A stretch of DNA of 64,000 nt, taken from assembly GCA_039621445.1 (NCBI GenBank), contig CP154954.1, forward strand, positions 35,635,703-35,699,702, in the 5' to 3' direction. This document shows, piece by piece, positions 1-19,284 of this stretch. Numbering within the stretch: position 1 is the first letter of the stretch; every line of letters starts with the position of its first letter. The stretch comes from Euglena gracilis (Eukaryota). The notes below the pieces were generated by a model. The model was not told the DNA's origin. It did no database searches and saw only the letters and a list, made by a program, of their open reading frames with translations. Made by a program: the position numbers and the translations under genes.

Positions 1-6390
<6,390 letters not shown>

Positions 6391-7310
6391 ATATGTATAT
6401 GCATATCTATGTAATGTATATGTATCTGTATATGTATATGTATATGTTGTATATTATATGTATATGTACATGTATATGTATCTGTCTCTGTCTATGTAAT
6501 CTGTCTATGTATCTGTATCTGTGTGTAGATTCTATCTGTGTCTGTAGATGTAGATGTATGTATATGTATATGTGTATGTGTCCCCGCCCCCCCCCGCATT
6601 GTCGCGTGACTCGGGTAGCACGGGGGGTGACAATTTCCCGGGGTGACAATTTGGCCAGCACAGAGTGGGGTGACAATTGCCCGGGGGCGTCAATTGCCCG
6701 GGGACATCAATTGCCCACCCATGTAGGCAACATTAAATACAAATGACCAAAAACACCATCTGAAACAACAGTGAACCCACAAAAATGCAGCTATGGTCGT
6801 AATATATTGCAGAGCATTTGGTATGTGACATTTCTCAGCATGTTGTGGCGAAATAGAGGATCAATCGAGCCGTGTCGGCGAAAAGAAAGTTCACAAACAT
6901 CTTCTGTAGGGGGGGTGACAAATTGGGCAGCACGGACGGGGGTGACAATTTCCCGGGGTGACAAATTGGCCGGCACAGCCAGGGGCGACAATTGCCCGGG
7001 GGCGTCAATTGCCCGGGGGCGTCAATTGCCCGGGGGCGTCAATTGCCCGGGGGGGGGGGCGGGTATGTGTTTGTGTTTATGGATATGTACATTTTTGTGT
7101 TTATGTACATGTACATGTACATGTGTATGTATATGTATGTATATGTATATGTGTTTGTATAGGTATATGTATATGTATTGTGTATGTATATGTGTATGTA
7201 TATGTATACGTGTATGTATATGTTTATGTATATGTATATGTGTCTGTTTTTATTATGTGGATGTGGATGTGGATGTGCATGTATACGTATGCGTATATGA
7301 ACATTATGCA
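6391..7310. repeat. (TATGTA)n-type microsatellite interrupted by a MITE
   Basis: TATGTA/TATATG units at ~6390-6580 and ~7065-7300. Confidence 0.85.
6582..7065. mobile_element. MITE-like element with tandem CAATTGCCCGGGGGCGT units (family also at 10469-10649)
   Basis: Ends CCCGCCCCC...GGGGGCGGG(TA); internal CATTGTCGCGTGA and GGTGACAATT(G/T)CCCGGGG shared with the 10.5 kb copy. Confidence 0.7.
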
Positions 7311-7635
7311 CATGCATACCAAAGCGGCTTTAAACTGAAATAAGCTTTGGGTACAGAAAAAATCTTCCAGAATGCAGAAAATTTTAAATCAATTTAATCA
7401 GCAGCGAAAGACCAGCAGTTGATTTTTGGCTATTTTTGGCTAGCTTTCAACAACTTTCGGTCGTTGCTTTTTTTTGCAATCTGACATCATTTTCTGTCAC
7501 GCTGCGATCATGGGGAGGGGGGCATTGGACTTTTTTCGCACCACTTTGTTTTGAAATTGTCAGCCATTTTATCAAAGAATTACGAAAAGCGTCTCTGAGA
7601 GCTACAAACGAATCGAGGCAGAGTTAAAGCAGTCC

Positions 7636-8024
7636 CAGGGTTCGATATAAGGACAGGTGGGGGGGGTGGTCTGGACCCTGCGGGCCAGGAGGGGGGGGGG
7701 GGTGGGGGGGGAACCCCCCACCTAAACAGGTGCGCGGTCAGGGTGGCCGAAAATTTTTGACCCCCCAAAACGACCAAAAGTGCCATTTTGGGCACTTTTG
7801 GGCAAAAATGTGGCCAAAAATGCAAAAAATTTTCGGCGCAAAGCGCCGGAGGAAAAAATTGACCCTTTTGGGGGGGTCCCGGGACCCCCCCCCCCCGAGG
7901 GCCGGTGCGGACCCCCTGGCAGGTGGGGGGGGGGGGTCCGGACCCGCCTGCGGGCCAGGGGGGGGGGGGGGTGGGGGACACCCCCCCACCTAAACCATGT
8001 ACGCCCTCCTTATATCGAACCCTG
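7636..8024. mobile_element. hAT-like MITE, 18-bp TIR, 8-bp TSD
   Basis: TIR CAGGGTTCGATATAAGGA / TCCTTATATCGAACCCTG; perfect TSD AGCAGTCC at 7628-7635 and 8025-8032. CAG termini with an 8-bp TSD are typical of hAT. Confidence 0.9.
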
Positions 8025-8389
8025 AGCAGTCCCCTGTTCAAGAAACAGAAGAGGGGGGAACCAAAAAGGCCTCAGCGAAAGTGCTCCAATTTTTTTGAAA
8101 GCCCCTTGAACATGGTCAAACCCCCCGGAATTCCAAAGATGCAAATTCCTGGGGTCCCCAACGCATCTCTCCAAATCGGCAGGCCTGGGACAGCGGCCAG
8201 CCATCTCCGGAACCCTGGTGGGGCTCCCCCACACCTGTGTGCAAACGCTCAGGACCCCCACCCAGCCACCTGCAGGACAACTGTGGAGTGGACTGTGGCC
8301 TGGAAGATTGTGCTTCTGGAGTTGGAGCTGGTCCAATGTGCCAATTGGCTCGATGCGAGAAGAAGCCCACCCCCAAAGGGGTTGCCGGC

Positions 8390-8450
8390 CAGTGCAGAAT
8401 TATACGCCAAGTGGTTGTCCATCACCACGATGTCAGAGTTGGCCAGCGCC
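8390..8450 (-). CDS. HK exon: receiver domain, phospho-acceptor Asp strand (3' end uncertain)
   Basis: (E)[16 protein letters not shown]; preceded by nonconventional 3' end CTG-ctggc. Confidence 0.7.
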
Positions 8451-11400
8451 GCCAGCAGGGGGTGTCTGAAAAGGAGAATGCCCCCCGGATGCCCCATAAA
8501 AAAAAACAGATATAGAGATAGACATAGATATAGATATAGATATAGATATAGATATAGATATAGATATAGATATAGATATAGATATAGATATAGATATAGA
8601 TATAGATCTCGATATAGATCCTTTAGATAGACTATAGATAGATATAGATATAGATATAGATATATATAGATCGATATAGTATAGATATAGATTTAAGTAT
8701 ATGGATCTAGAATATATAGATATGGATATAGATATAGATATAGATATAGATATAGATATAGATGTAGACGTAGATGTAGATATAGATATGGATATAGATA
8801 TAGATATAGATGTAGGTACAGATATAGATATAGATATAGATATAGATAGACATAAGGTAGATAAACTTATTCCTGACCCTGACCCCACCCCTGGACCTTA
8901 ACAAGCCTTTTCCAAATGCCCCAAGGTAGCCAGCCCCTGGGTTCCGACATAAACTGATCGACCTCGGCAGGCGGGTACCCACTTGGTGAAGGTATGGCGA
9001 AGTACCCGACGCGCAACGTCAGAATCATCGACACGTGAAGAGGGCCACATCCATGAGAAACAGTTTGAAAGGCCAAAAAGTGCGTGGGGTCCGGAATCCT
9101 CTGGTCCGGGGGTGGACAGTGCAGGGGCCAGAATGACCTAACCAGAAATGAGCGACAAAGCGGATTCAGGAACGGGCTGGGATGGCAAGGTCAGCGGGTC
9201 AGCAGTGTGACACGCGAAGGCATGAGCCGTGGACCAGTTTATCGAGGTGGGGGCTCCACTGTTTTTGTGTGATCAGCAGACGAAAGAACAGGAAGGGCGG
9301 AGCAGGGACCAATGCCCCCGCAGGCCGGAGAGGCCACCCTCGGCAAAAAATTTTGACCCCTGAGGGCAAGGGAGGCGGCGGCGTTTGCAGGCAGGGCCCC
9401 GCGGGGGTGGGCAGGGGTGACAATCCACAGGGCCTTCAGTGGAAACCGTCGGCCAGCGCTTTGCCCACGGCCAGCAGTCCTTCGGTTCTGACTTCAAAGG
9501 TTGGGTGTGTGGGGTCTCCAAAATAAACCCCCCAAAAAAACAAGACGCCCCCATAAAATGGACCTCCCAAGAATAAGACCACCCCGGACGTTCCGAGCAA
9601 AAATCCATGAAATGGACCCCCCCATGACGGTGGAAAAGGAATGGCCAGAGGCCTGAAGGAAGGCACGACAAGAAGAGGTGAAAGGTGGAAAGTGAAAAAT
9701 CTTTTCCTTGTGCCCCACTTTGGCCATCCTCGGAGATATCTTTAAAATGGCGTGAGAATCAGTGCTCAAAGGGGCATCCCAGAATAATTTTCCAAATATA
9801 AACACAAAAATTCTCCAGCAAAAATCCATAAAATAGACCCGCCCCATGAATAAGACCTCCCCCATCGGGCTTTCCAGCAACCGACCCATAAAATGGACAC
9901 GGGGAGGGGGTGTGAACAGTTTCCAAGATCCAGGCATCTTTTAAAGACCTCTGGGGGGAGGGAGGGTCCCCCCATCCACCCAGTCCGGCGCGGGACCCCC
10001 CCGGGGGGGGGGGGCGGGGACCCCCCAAAAAATCGGGCCGAGGACATTTCCCAAAGAATTTTCGGCGCTTCGCGCAGAAACCCATTCCCGGGCCTCCTGC
10101 CTGGGACCCCGGGGTCCGGACCCACCAACCCCCCCCCCCTCGGGGGGTTTTCTGACTTACAGTGCAGCTAAAAATTACGGAAGACAGAAATTTTGGGAAA
10201 ATACCCAAATTTTGCCATATTCTTTTTCTCGTAATTTTCTGACTCCGTCGGTTTCCGACGCCCTCTTGGGAAGCTGCAAGCACAATGCTGGGACGGCCAT
10301 GGTTTGACTCCTCAGAGTCAATGAGGACACACTGTGTCTTCGTGTTCAGCAAAACACCCGTTACGCACAAACTCGTCACAGCGAACGCATTTACGGGCTG
10401 TTTGTGTGCTACATTCACAAGGATGTGTGGGCTCAGCAAGAAGGGATGCTTTGAGGCAGGGCGGTTCTTACCCGCCCCGCCCTGGGCCATTGTCGCGTGA
10501 AAAATCGGGCGGCACTGAGGGGGGGGGGGTGACAATTGCCCGGGGTGACAATTTGGCTGGCACAAAGGGGGGGTGACAATTGCCCGGGGGCGTCAATTGC
10601 CCGGGCGTCAATTGCCTGGGGGCGTCAATAACCCGGGGGGGCGCGGGTAAGCAAATAAAAAAAATGCAACCTCACCCAGCACAACACGTGGGACGGCAGA
10701 GTCATGGTACAAAGTGGGGCCCCCATTCCCTCCCATACCTCAAAATTTTTGTTGCCCGCATGTTATTTGGCCTCCCGGACCCTGAAAACCTGTTTTGGAG
10801 ACGAAATTGAGTGTCTGTAGGAAAAAACGACGGACAGTTTTTGGACCGAAAACCATGGTGTTTGGGATCAAAAACTGGTCAAAAAAGTCAAAACCCCTCG
10901 AAAATAGTTTTGGGTCCGCAACCATTTTTTTTGGCCTCCCAGCCCCGGAAAACGTGTCCTTGCGCCGAATATGAGCGGTTTTCGACCCCCCGGCGGCCCC
11001 TTTTGAATCCCATTTTGAATCCCATGGTGGTTGGGTTTAAGAAAAAAAAGGTCAAAACAGTCGGAAAAAAGTCGAAAAAAATCGAAAAATTTTTATCCGA
11101 AACGATGTTTTTGGGCCTCCCAGGCCCGGAAAACGCGGTTTTGAGCTGAAAGCGTTCTTCAACCGCGCGACATGCAACTGTTCGAGTGCCCGGGGAGGGG
11201 GGGGGGGGCCCCCCCCCCCCCGACCACCCTGGCAAAAAAAAATAAACCTCATCCTTGTCTACCGATCTTTTCTGTGGTCAAATCGCGCGACGAATGAAAC
11301 TGTTCGAGAGCCCAGGGGCCATAAACCTCATCAACAAAATCTCCAAACCCTTCCCTCCAAACCCCCCATACCCCCCATACCAGGTATTGAATAGTGCTGA

Positions 11401-14400
11401 GCTCTTAATAAGTGCTCACCCACCCCTCATTGACACCCCCATATAAACCGGCTTAGGCGGCCTAACTCGCACTTAGCTTTGAAAGTGACTGTAAATTTGC
11501 GCCGACGCGCAAATCCCAAAAAAAGTTTGACCATCGACCACCATGGCCTGAGACTCGAGACAGTCTGAAAACAGTGTCTCCTTGCACCCCAGGGCCTGGG
11601 GACGAAAGCAACGACTGGGAACTGCACAGTCCACGGGCACAGCGCTCCCGAGTCCCAGTGTGCATGAACACAAAGCGCCGGGTGATGAAAATGAATGAAA
11701 ATGAAAGCGCAAATGGAAATACAATTTTTAAAATTGCAAAAGCAACATGGCTTGCGCCGAAGCGCAAATATAACTGTTTAAAACTTATCTCACAACGCAG
11801 GGAGACCACGGCCCTGGTGGAGTAACAACACCAGAGGGGATAGAGCACAAAAATGTAGAACAGGGGGACGGAAGCCTACTCTCAGTCACGTTGACTTAAA
11901 ACTGGTCAACATTGCGCGTCGGCGCAAGAGCCGCGTTGCTTTGACAATCTTAAAAGTGTATTTCTACTTGCGCTTTGGCGCAATATAACTCTTAAATTTC
12001 CATTCTTCATGAGCCTACCCATTGCGCTTTGGCGCAACAGCCATCAAGTTGTATTTTCCATTTTTATCACTGCGGGTGGAGAGAGCAGTCCTGGAAGCAT
12101 CTCATCACCAGAGCGGACAGAGCTCAGGTGGAGGGAAGCCTTGCCTGGGGCAGGAAGCCAACCCCCTGGTGTGTGAAAGCAACCACCAACTACTTGATAG
12201 CCAGACGTGCCTTGTCCTATGCGTTGTAAACCCAACTGCCAGTGCCGGAGGTTCCTCCCACTTGCCTCGCACTTAAGCGTGCCTGAGGGGCCCTTCTCTT
12301 TGGCCGACTTTTAAAAGTCGGAAAATACCTGTGTGGAAAAGAACAGGTACCAGATAAACCCTGGGAACCACAGCCGAGGAAACAGTTTTAGGCGTCGAAA
12401 GGGTGTTTTAAAGAAGCTTGTCACCCCCCTTTCCTCGCCCAGGATTTGAAGCACAGAACTTTGGGGATGAGCGAATGGAATTGAGAAACCGAAAGGGCCC
12501 ATCAACAACGGCGGAGAAGGGAAGACATGCTGACACGCCTTTTTTCGGTAATTTGCAACCCACCAGACAGCCACATGCAACGAGGCAGATGGAGGCATTG
12601 TTCAGCAGAAAAAAAACCTTTCTGTCAACGTCCCCAAAAACCCCACTTTGTGCACCGAGTGCAAGGTCACTGAGGCCCTCCCGCCTCCCGCCCACCATTC
12701 GTCTTATTGTAACAACCACTTCCTCCCCAGCACCTGAATAGTTCAAAAGCACCAACCCAGCTTCTGGCACAGCAGCGCACAAACCCTCCTCACCATTCTC
12801 CCCTATCCCCCACCTTCTCACACAGCACGAATGCATTCAAATACATCTGCCATTTAAAAGGACATTTGCTCTTAAGCGCAAATTTTTACCTTCCACTTAC
12901 GCGCAAATTAAAGACTTGCGCTTAAGCGCAAGCTAAAACAGAAGCCGCTGAGTTTGTGGGAGTCCCTCTGATGTGTTACGTGTGTCGGGGGCCCCTCTCT
13001 GCATGGCCAGTGCGGGCTTGGTGAGGAAATACATTTGCGCCGAAGCGCAAGGGACATGCCTACATAATGCACTGCTTGTTCATCCACATTACACGTCAGC
13101 CGCGTGTTTGCACTTCTCAGTTTTTTTGTATGATGGTTTGCGCTTCGGCGCAAATGCATTTCCTCACCTAGCCCGCACACTTGCTGTTCAGAGAGGGGCC
13201 CCCGACACACTGTAACACATCAGAGGGACTCCCATAAGCTCAGGGGGCTTCTGTTTTAGCTTGCGCTTAAGCGCAAATTTATAATTTGCGCTTAAGCGCA
13301 AGCTAAAAATTTGCGCTTAAGCGCAAATGTCCATAAACATTGCCTTCTGTGCCCGGCAGTGTGGGGCCTGGCGTTGCTCACCAGACGTTGGGACAGGTCC
13401 CTGGGCTTGCCCTCAATCCCCCCCACCCCCCCCACCCGGGTCGGTCCCCCTGTACCGCGCCTCCCGCTTCCACCACACAGGGATCACAACATTGTGACAT
13501 TCCGTTTTTTCCAACTTTTCACACTGTGTGTGTAGAGTCCACCCTCTGGATGCCTCAGCAACCAAACTCTTCACGGACATATCACAGAGCCAAAAAAAGC
13601 AACAAAAAGGGCCAATTGTCACCTGGACTGTGTGGCACCATCCGGGGAACACAGTCAAGGCTTCAAAAACGAGGGACTCACACCGGGGGTTTCGGCCCTT
13701 TTTTGGGAAAATTCACGTGTCTCGGCGGTCAAACCCAGGGTTTTGGACCTTTTTCAAAATGGTGCACAGGCCGAAAAACACCAAAATTGGGCCTGTTCCC
13801 CGGGTTCCAAAATCGGAAAATGATGCCCACGCCACCGTGGAGGGTCTCCGCGGAACCAGAGGGTCAAAAGGGTGGGTTCTACCGCCGGGTCTCAAAGAAA
13901 TCGAAAATTTGCGCCAAAGCGCAAGCTAAAAATGAAAACCTTAAGTGCGAGTTAGGCCGCCTAAGACCGGCCCACTCCATGGAGCTCTGTTGACTGAAAT
14001 GCAAAGGTTTTGTGCCCGAAACAGGGCGCCAGGGGGGGGGGAAACGCTCATTTTTGGCCCAAAATACACCTTTTCCGGGTCTGGGGAGCCAAAAAACGGC
14101 GTTTCGAGCAAAAAAAAATCTGGATTTTTTTCGTGTTTTTTTGACCCGAAAATGACCGAAAGTGAGTGGGTTTACAGCCCAAAACGGGGCGCTGGCGGGT
14201 CGAAAAACACTCATTTTCTGCCCAAAAACAGTTTTTCTGGGTCCGGGAGGCCAAAAAACATCGTTTCGTTTCGATTTTTTGACTTTTTTAGACCCGGTTT
14301 TGACCCAAAGTCAATGGGTTGGCAGCAGGCAAGGACAGTCATCCCCGGTTTTTGGTCTCCGGTGGGGTCCGGTGGGATCCGGTGGGATCCAGTGGGATCC

Positions 14401-17400
14401 GGTGGGATCCGGTGGGATCCGGTGGGGTTCCGGTGGGTTGCCTTGGGGGGGGGGGGATCGGGAATTCATCAATTATAAAATTGCAATAAAACAGCATTTT
14501 GGGTGAATTTGGTCATTTTCGGTGTTTTTGGCCCAAATCACCTGGTTTTGCCGGCAGATCTTATCAAAACTGTACCAATGGTCACCGAATCTGTGCACAA
14601 AATGGCCAAGAATGGCCAAAAGGGGGCAAAAAGTGGATAAAAAGCAGTCAGAAGTGGCCTAAAATGGACACAAATGTGCAAAAATAGCCAGAAGCAGCCA
14701 AAAATGGTCTAAAATGCCAAAATGCAGCCCACGGTGGTCAAAAGTAGCCAAAAGTGGTCCAAAATGGCCAAAAAAAAATGGCCAAAAAGGCAAAAAGCTG
14801 CTAATTTGCAGGAAACCAGACAAAAAAAAGAATGCAAGTCAACTACAGATGGGGTACTGGTGGAAATTTGTGAAAATTGCACATTCGGACATGATTCTTC
14901 TCACGCGTACCATTAATCCAGAAGAAAAATCTGTGCATGGAAAAAAAATCTCCGGTGGGATCCGGTGGGATCCGGTGGGACCCGGTGGGATCCGGTGGGA
15001 TCCGGTGGGGAACCCACTAGTCAAATGGTCGAAAAACACCGGTGGGATCCGGTGGGATCCGGTGGGATCCGGTGGGATCCGGTGGGATCCGGTGGCTGTC
15101 CTTGCCTGGCTGGCAGCCCAAAACGGGGCGCTGGTGGGTCGAAAAACGGTCATGTACGTCCAAATAACAGTTTTGCTGCGTCCGTGATGCCAAAAAACAT
15201 CGTTTCAGGTCAAAATTTTTTTGGATTTTTAGCGACTTTTTTGTCCCAGAGTGGGTTGGCAACCCAAAACGGGGCGCTGGCGGGTCTCGAAAACGATCAT
15301 TTTCGGCTCAAAAACAGTCCTTGGGTCATGATGGCCATCTTGGGTCTTGATGGGCATCATGGGTCATGATGCCCATTATGGGTCATGATGCGCACCATGG
15401 GTCATGATGGCCATGATGGGCCGGGGGGTCGAAAAACGCCCATTTTCGGCTCGGAGGCCAAAAGGCATGGTTTTGGGCAAAAAAAAATCGATATTTTTCG
15501 ACTTTTTTGGCCGAAAATGGCTAAGTCCACCAGTGGAAAAAGTGTACAAAATGGCCTCCATTGGTCGAAAACGGGCATATCTCGGACTGGGCGGGGAGTT
15601 GCGGGGAAATCAAAATACCGGTAGATGGGGCGTTCCAAGGGCTTCAAATTAGGTCTCTGGACATTTCCTTTCATTTTGCTTCATTTTCGAGATATTTTGA
15701 AAATTGACATTTTTTGGCCGAAATGGCAGAGTCCAAAGGGGGGGGGGCTTATCCAGGGGGGGGGGGGCGGTCCGATCCTACCCAGTTTGGACCCCTTCGT
15801 GCGTGAATGACTCGGGCCTGGCGGGGAGTTGGTGGTCAAACCAAGGAGATAAGGAAACGAGAAATCCAGTCGCTCGCGACTGGAAAAAAAAACGGGAACG
15901 GGGCCGGGATCATGGTGATAATCCGCCGGTTCCCGAGGTGGCCCCGAGGGAGGGGGAGGGGGGTTTGGGGGGGTTTTCCCCCAGGGGTAAGCTTCGCTCT
16001 TACCCATAAAGGGATAAGAGCTCAACGACCCCCCATACCCCCATACCCTAGGTATGGGGGCCCCACTTCGTGCCATATGTGGGACGTCATGTGAATTCAT
16101 GGCTAAAGAGAAGAAAAAGGAAAACTAAAAATTCCTTCTTAAATTAAGCAGAGAGAAGGAAGAAATTTTTGGAAAAAAACAGATTTTGCCAAAATTAATT
16201 CTTCCAAAATAAAAATTTTGCCAAAATTTTTTTAAAATTTTTCTCGTATTTTTTTGCTGTAATTTTTGTCTTCCGTAAGTTTTAGCCACACTGTAAAAAG
16301 AAGCCTGCCAGGGTCCCCTCCTTCCCCCTTTATGTCACGACTTTGTTGCAATTCCGGTCAATTATAAGAGTACGGTAAGCTTTCGGATGTGTACTTTGGG
16401 TATTGGCCACTCTTTGAACAAATTAGGCACAGATTTAGAAGAATACATTTTAAACCGCATTTTGGCCGAAATTTCGTCCAGACCACCTTCCCCCCCCCTA
16501 AACCCCCCCCCCCTAATAGAAGCACGGGTGCGCTTATAGCGGACTGCCGCCTCCGGCAGCGGGGGGGGGGGGTGTGCTTCTAGTCGGACCCTACCTGCGC
16601 GATTTCTTGTTGATTTCGTTTAGAGATCTCATCAAAATGGGGGGGTGCTTGTAGTGGACCGCAGCCTCCGGCGGCGGCGGGTGCGATTTTATTTAGACCC
16701 TGCGCTTGTAGCGGCCCCGCGCTTCTATTAGGGGGGGGGGGGGCGGGTTTATTTATAATTTAACCGTAACTCCAACCTATCACCAATACAACCCGAACCT
16801 GAACTTAAATGTGTTCATCCAAAACGCTGTCGCATGCCACCAACATACAGCAAGGTTCCGCATCGAAACCTTGGAAGTGGCTGCATTAAACATTTTTCAT
16901 TTTTTCATTGTATAATGCAGTGGTCCTGCTTGTATATAACGTGTGGGGTAGGCCCATGGCAGGAGGCTGCCATGTGTCCTGTTGTTTGTTGTTGGAGGGA
17001 GGAGGGGAGCACGTTGTGTTGTTACGCTGTAGTGCATTGGATTGTATTGGGTTAGGTTGCGGTCATGCAAGTCGGTGCGAGTGGGCGCGCACGGGAGCTG
17101 TTTGGGTTCAAAAGTGCATGCACAATTCCTGAAGACCTTGGGACAGGGTATGCGCATTGGGCAGGTGAAGCTGCGGTAAGAGGGGGGATTTCAAAAAAAA
17201 AACGGCACATGTAAGAAAAATTCCTTTAGAATGTACAAAGTACTTAACTTAACTCACGCTGAAGGATTATGAACTGTAAAAAGCTGTAGAATAAACTGCG
17301 AAAATCCCGAGCAGAGGTTTTTTAAGACCTGGGGGAAGAGGGGGTCCGGAACGCACCCACTCAACCACAGGGCCCGTGGGGGTTCGGGGGGACCCACTTT

Positions 17401-18095
17401 TGGCGTTTGGGGGGAGATTTTGAGGTCCAAAATTTCTTTGGCGGTTTGCGTCGAAAATAGACAGGAAAACCCCCCTCTGGCTCTGGTTTGTCCCGACTCC
17501 CTCCCCCACAGGGAAGGGGGGCCAGACCCACCCGCCTGCCCGCCCACCAACCCTTCGCTTCTCGGGGCACCAGGAGTAAAATATATATGGCAGCCTCCAA
17601 CTATACGACCCGTGGGTCCTTTAGTTGGAGCGGGGGGGGGGGGGGCGTGTGGTGGGACCTAGGTCCAACCTTCGAAGAAAGTCGGGGTTATGGATTGGGA
17701 TAGGGTTGGGGTTATGGCTGGCGGGCCGCAGGGCTCCAATTTTTGGGAAGTTAGGGGCGCCTTTCGGAAGCATTTGGGCCGAATTTGGACCCAATTTGGA
17801 CATTTTCAGGCAAACATGCGTTTTCGAAAGTCTTCCCAGATGGGGACCTAACTTCCGGCCTAACTTGGTCCCTAAAATTTGCCAAATTTCGGCGCGCCAA
17901 TCCTAACCCTAACCTTATTCCTAAAACTAAGTGGGAACCCTCCCCGAATCCGCCGATGGTTGCCCAGAATCTGCGCGTTATCCCGGCGCCGTGGGTATAT
18001 GTATATGTATATGTATATGTATGTATATATATATATATATGTATATGTGTGTGTATATATATGTATACATATGTATATATATGCATATGTGTGTG

Positions 18096-18134
<39 letters not shown>

Positions 18135-19034
18135 ATATATGGCAGCTCCCCGCTATATGGCCCCCCAGGGGGGGCATATAGTGGGGAGTAGGGGTCAAGA
18201 TAATTTTTTTGCGTTAATGATGGAATAGGGTTAGGTGCGCGAGTTAGGCTTAGGGTTAGCCTAACTTATAGACGGGCCTAACCCTAAGCCTAAGTCGCGC
18301 ACCTAAACCCTATTCTAAACCCCGTTATTGAAGGTATAGGGTAAGGTGCGCACATGCTAATTTGCGCTAATTGGCTATGTTGCGCTAATCGGCTATGTTG
18401 CGCAACATAGCCGATTAGCGCAACATAGCCAATTAGCGCAAATTAGCATGTGCGCACCTAACCCTATACCTTCCATTAAGGGGGTGCCCAACCCGGTGTC
18501 AAGCTTAGTCCCCCGGGGGGGTACTTAACTTAACACTTGCCATATATATAAGTGTGTGTATACATATATACATATATATAATGTATATAATATACATACA
18601 CGCATGCATATGTATATATCTGATCCCGAGACAGCCAAAACCAAAAAAAGTTCTTCAACAGCTTTAATTTTTTTGTCCCTGTTTGATCCAGGCATTCTTT
18701 GGGGGGTGCATTTTCGGGCCTCCAGTACCGTCTGTACCATGGCTGGCCGCCACCCCCCCCAAGAGTCTGTTGGAAAACCACAACACAGCGTCCAAACCCC
18801 GCGACGGCATGGGGGTGGTGGGGCAAATCCGTCCCCAGCCGGCGGTATCCTGGGTCCACAACGCCGGGGTCCTCAGGGGCTGCATGGGGGAGGACGACAG
18901 CTTCCAGGGAGGTGCGGAATACGACCCGCTCTCCTTCCTGCTGGAGCGACACGGCCATCCCAGAGATCTGGGCTGCGGGCAGGTGGCCAGCCTCCCAGGA
19001 AATGCCTTCGTTGCCATGGTCCGGCATGTGCACG

Positions 19035-19068
<34 letters not shown>

Positions 19069-19082
19069 CGTTGTGTGTTGTG

Positions 19083-19113
<31 letters not shown>

Positions 19114-19202
19114 ATGTGTGCATGTGTGCGCGTGCGCGTGTGCGTGCACGTGCGCGTGTGCATGCGCGTGTGCGTGTGTACGTGCATGCGTGTGTGCGTG
19201 TG

Positions 19203-19234
<32 letters not shown>

Positions 19235-19243
19235 TGTGCGTGC

Positions 19244-19284
<41 letters not shown>

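Noticed and set aside
9250-9272. Plus-strand GLHCFCV resembling the receiver beta1 strand
   Set aside because: Wrong strand relative to VDDS, and no inversion boundaries seen; treated as chance.
11452-13965. Transposase ORF within the 5-bp-TSD element
   Set aside because: Only short ORFs, not conserved in frame between the two copies, and no DDE motif recognised.
14359-15094. CRISPR-like repeats
   Set aside because: Head-to-tail 10-mers with no unique spacers and no cas genes; eukaryotic context.
17056-17170. Possible HK linker exon on the minus strand
   Set aside because: Several frames and junctions are possible; none is supported by a motif or a convincing stem.
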